Positions 62,627 through 64,000 of a stretch of 64,000 bases of DNA are shown piece by piece. The translations under genes and the position numbers were made by a program. Source of the stretch: Anaeramoeba ignava BMAN (Eukaryota; Protista; Anaeramoebae); contig JAPDFW010000136.1 in NCBI GenBank assembly GCA_028826165.1, positions 248,001 to 312,000 on the forward strand, read 5' to 3'. Position 1 is the stretch's first letter, and every line of letters starts with the position of its first letter. A model generated the notes under the pieces. It was not told the DNA's origin and searched no databases. It saw nothing but the letters and a program-made list of their open reading frames with translations.

Positions 62627-64000
62627 ATGGAACCATCAAGACTTTCAATTTCAAGAAATGTTGATTCTCTTGGCAAAAAATTACGCAAAACAAATGTTTC
62701 TAAATTTAATAGAGAAAATGAATCAATTTTACATCAAGATTCAATTCAACTTTCAACAGATTCAGAAAAAGATAAACCAAAAGATAATTTTTTAAATGAA
62801 TCTGATTTTGAAGTTATTGTTGATTTTGAAAACCCAGAATTAAATCAAGAAATAGAAAATCAAGAAAAAAAGAAAAAGAAAAAAACAACAGATTTTTCAC
62901 AACAACCAATTTTATTAAGGAAAATTATTGAACAAAGACTTCAACAAAAAGCTCAAGAACCTTTAAAAGAAAAACCTATTCAACATGAAGAAAAAGAATC
63001 AAATGTTTCTTGTTTTTATAAATATAAAAAATTTTTGATATTTTTGATCCCTTTTTCTATTATTGGTTTTATTGCTTTGATTTTTTATTTGTTTGGTTCT
63101 TCTGCTAAAATTTGGGAAGTAAAAGTTCATATGTGGGGATTTACAATTATATTTCTTTATGGAACTTATTGGGGATTTTATTTTATTTTTTCAAGAAGTA
63201 TTTTTATTTCAAATTCAAATTCAAATTCAAATTCAAATTATATTCAAATTTCAAATTATTTTAGTTTATTGGGCTTTAGGATTTTGTTTAAAACCTTCTA
63301 AATTATATAGAATTAAACCTCTTCGTTTACCTGTTGGTCTATTTTTTGCATGTGAATTAATAGAAAATAATTAACAAATTTTTTTATATCAAAATTTAAT
63401 TATTAATATTAATAATAATAATAATAAAGCTCTTACAGCTTATATTGTTTGGGATAAGATACTTGCAGCATCTTTAAGAACAACATTTATTAATCAATTA
63501 CTTCTTTTCATAGTAAATTTTCAAATTAAATTAAATTAAATTCAAATCAAAATAAATTTAAATTAAATTAATTTCAATTCAAATTCAAATCAATTCAAAT
63601 CAAAATCAAATTAAATTAAATTAAATTTAAATTAAATTAAATTAAATTAAATTCAAATCAAATCAAAATTAAATCAATTTAAATTCAATTCAAATTCAAT
63701 TCAAATCAAAATCAAATTAAATTAAATTCAATTCAAATTAAATTAAATTAAATTAAATTCAAATTAAATTAAATTAAATTCAAATCAAATCAATTCAATT
63801 CAAATTAAATTAAATTCAATTCAAATCAAAATCAAATTAAATTCAAATTAATTCAAATCAAAATCAAATTAAATTCAAATTAAATTCAATTCAAATCAAT
63901 TCAAATCAAAATCAAATTAAATTAAATTAAATTAATTTCAAATAAAAATTAAAATTCAAATCAATTCAAATTAAATCAAAATCAAATTCAATTCAAAATT
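62627..64000 (+). CDS. MscS-like channel, tandem copy 2 (partial, runs off the window inside an intron)
   Basis: Near-identical to copy 1 from about 55 bp upstream of the ATG; period about 2.8 kb. Confidence 0.8.

Overview
Very AT-rich, gene-dense eukaryotic (protist-type) nuclear DNA with spliceosomal GT-AG introns, the standard genetic code, ~100-300 bp intergenic spacers and many microsatellites. The NQ/NE homopeptides and BTB-fusion genes suggest an Anaeramoeba-like metamonad, but this is unverified inference. About 17 host genes can be reconstructed: MED22, ZNF598/Hel2, an atypical Ras-BTB-BTB-CAAX protein, an NRF-6/acyltransferase-3, a GT34-like protein, a RING/TRAF-type protein, a DZIP1-like protein, C2-RasGAP-DUF547, an N/E/Q low-complexity protein, XMAP215/TOG, CRAL-TRIO, WD40-BTB, an FG-GAP/FN3 receptor (plus a truncated paralog), UBE2C, VPS41, CASP/Coy1 and two tandem MscS-like channels. 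The standout is a 4,216-bp PIF/Harbinger-ISL2EU-type (IS5-like) DNA transposon at 37378-41593. It has imperfect GGGC..GTCCC TIRs and an AAT target duplication, sits inside an intronic minisatellite, and encodes an intact DDE transposase followed by, and probably fused to, a Ulp1/C48-like cysteine protease. Other patterns: kilobase intron-specific satellites that are almost G-free on the sense strand, Myb/MSA-like AACGG motifs upstream of two mitotic genes, and a recurrent TCAYT initiator-like motif. Several single-base frameshifts in homopolymers or repeats are probably assembly errors. All calls come from reading motifs by eye; no searches were run.
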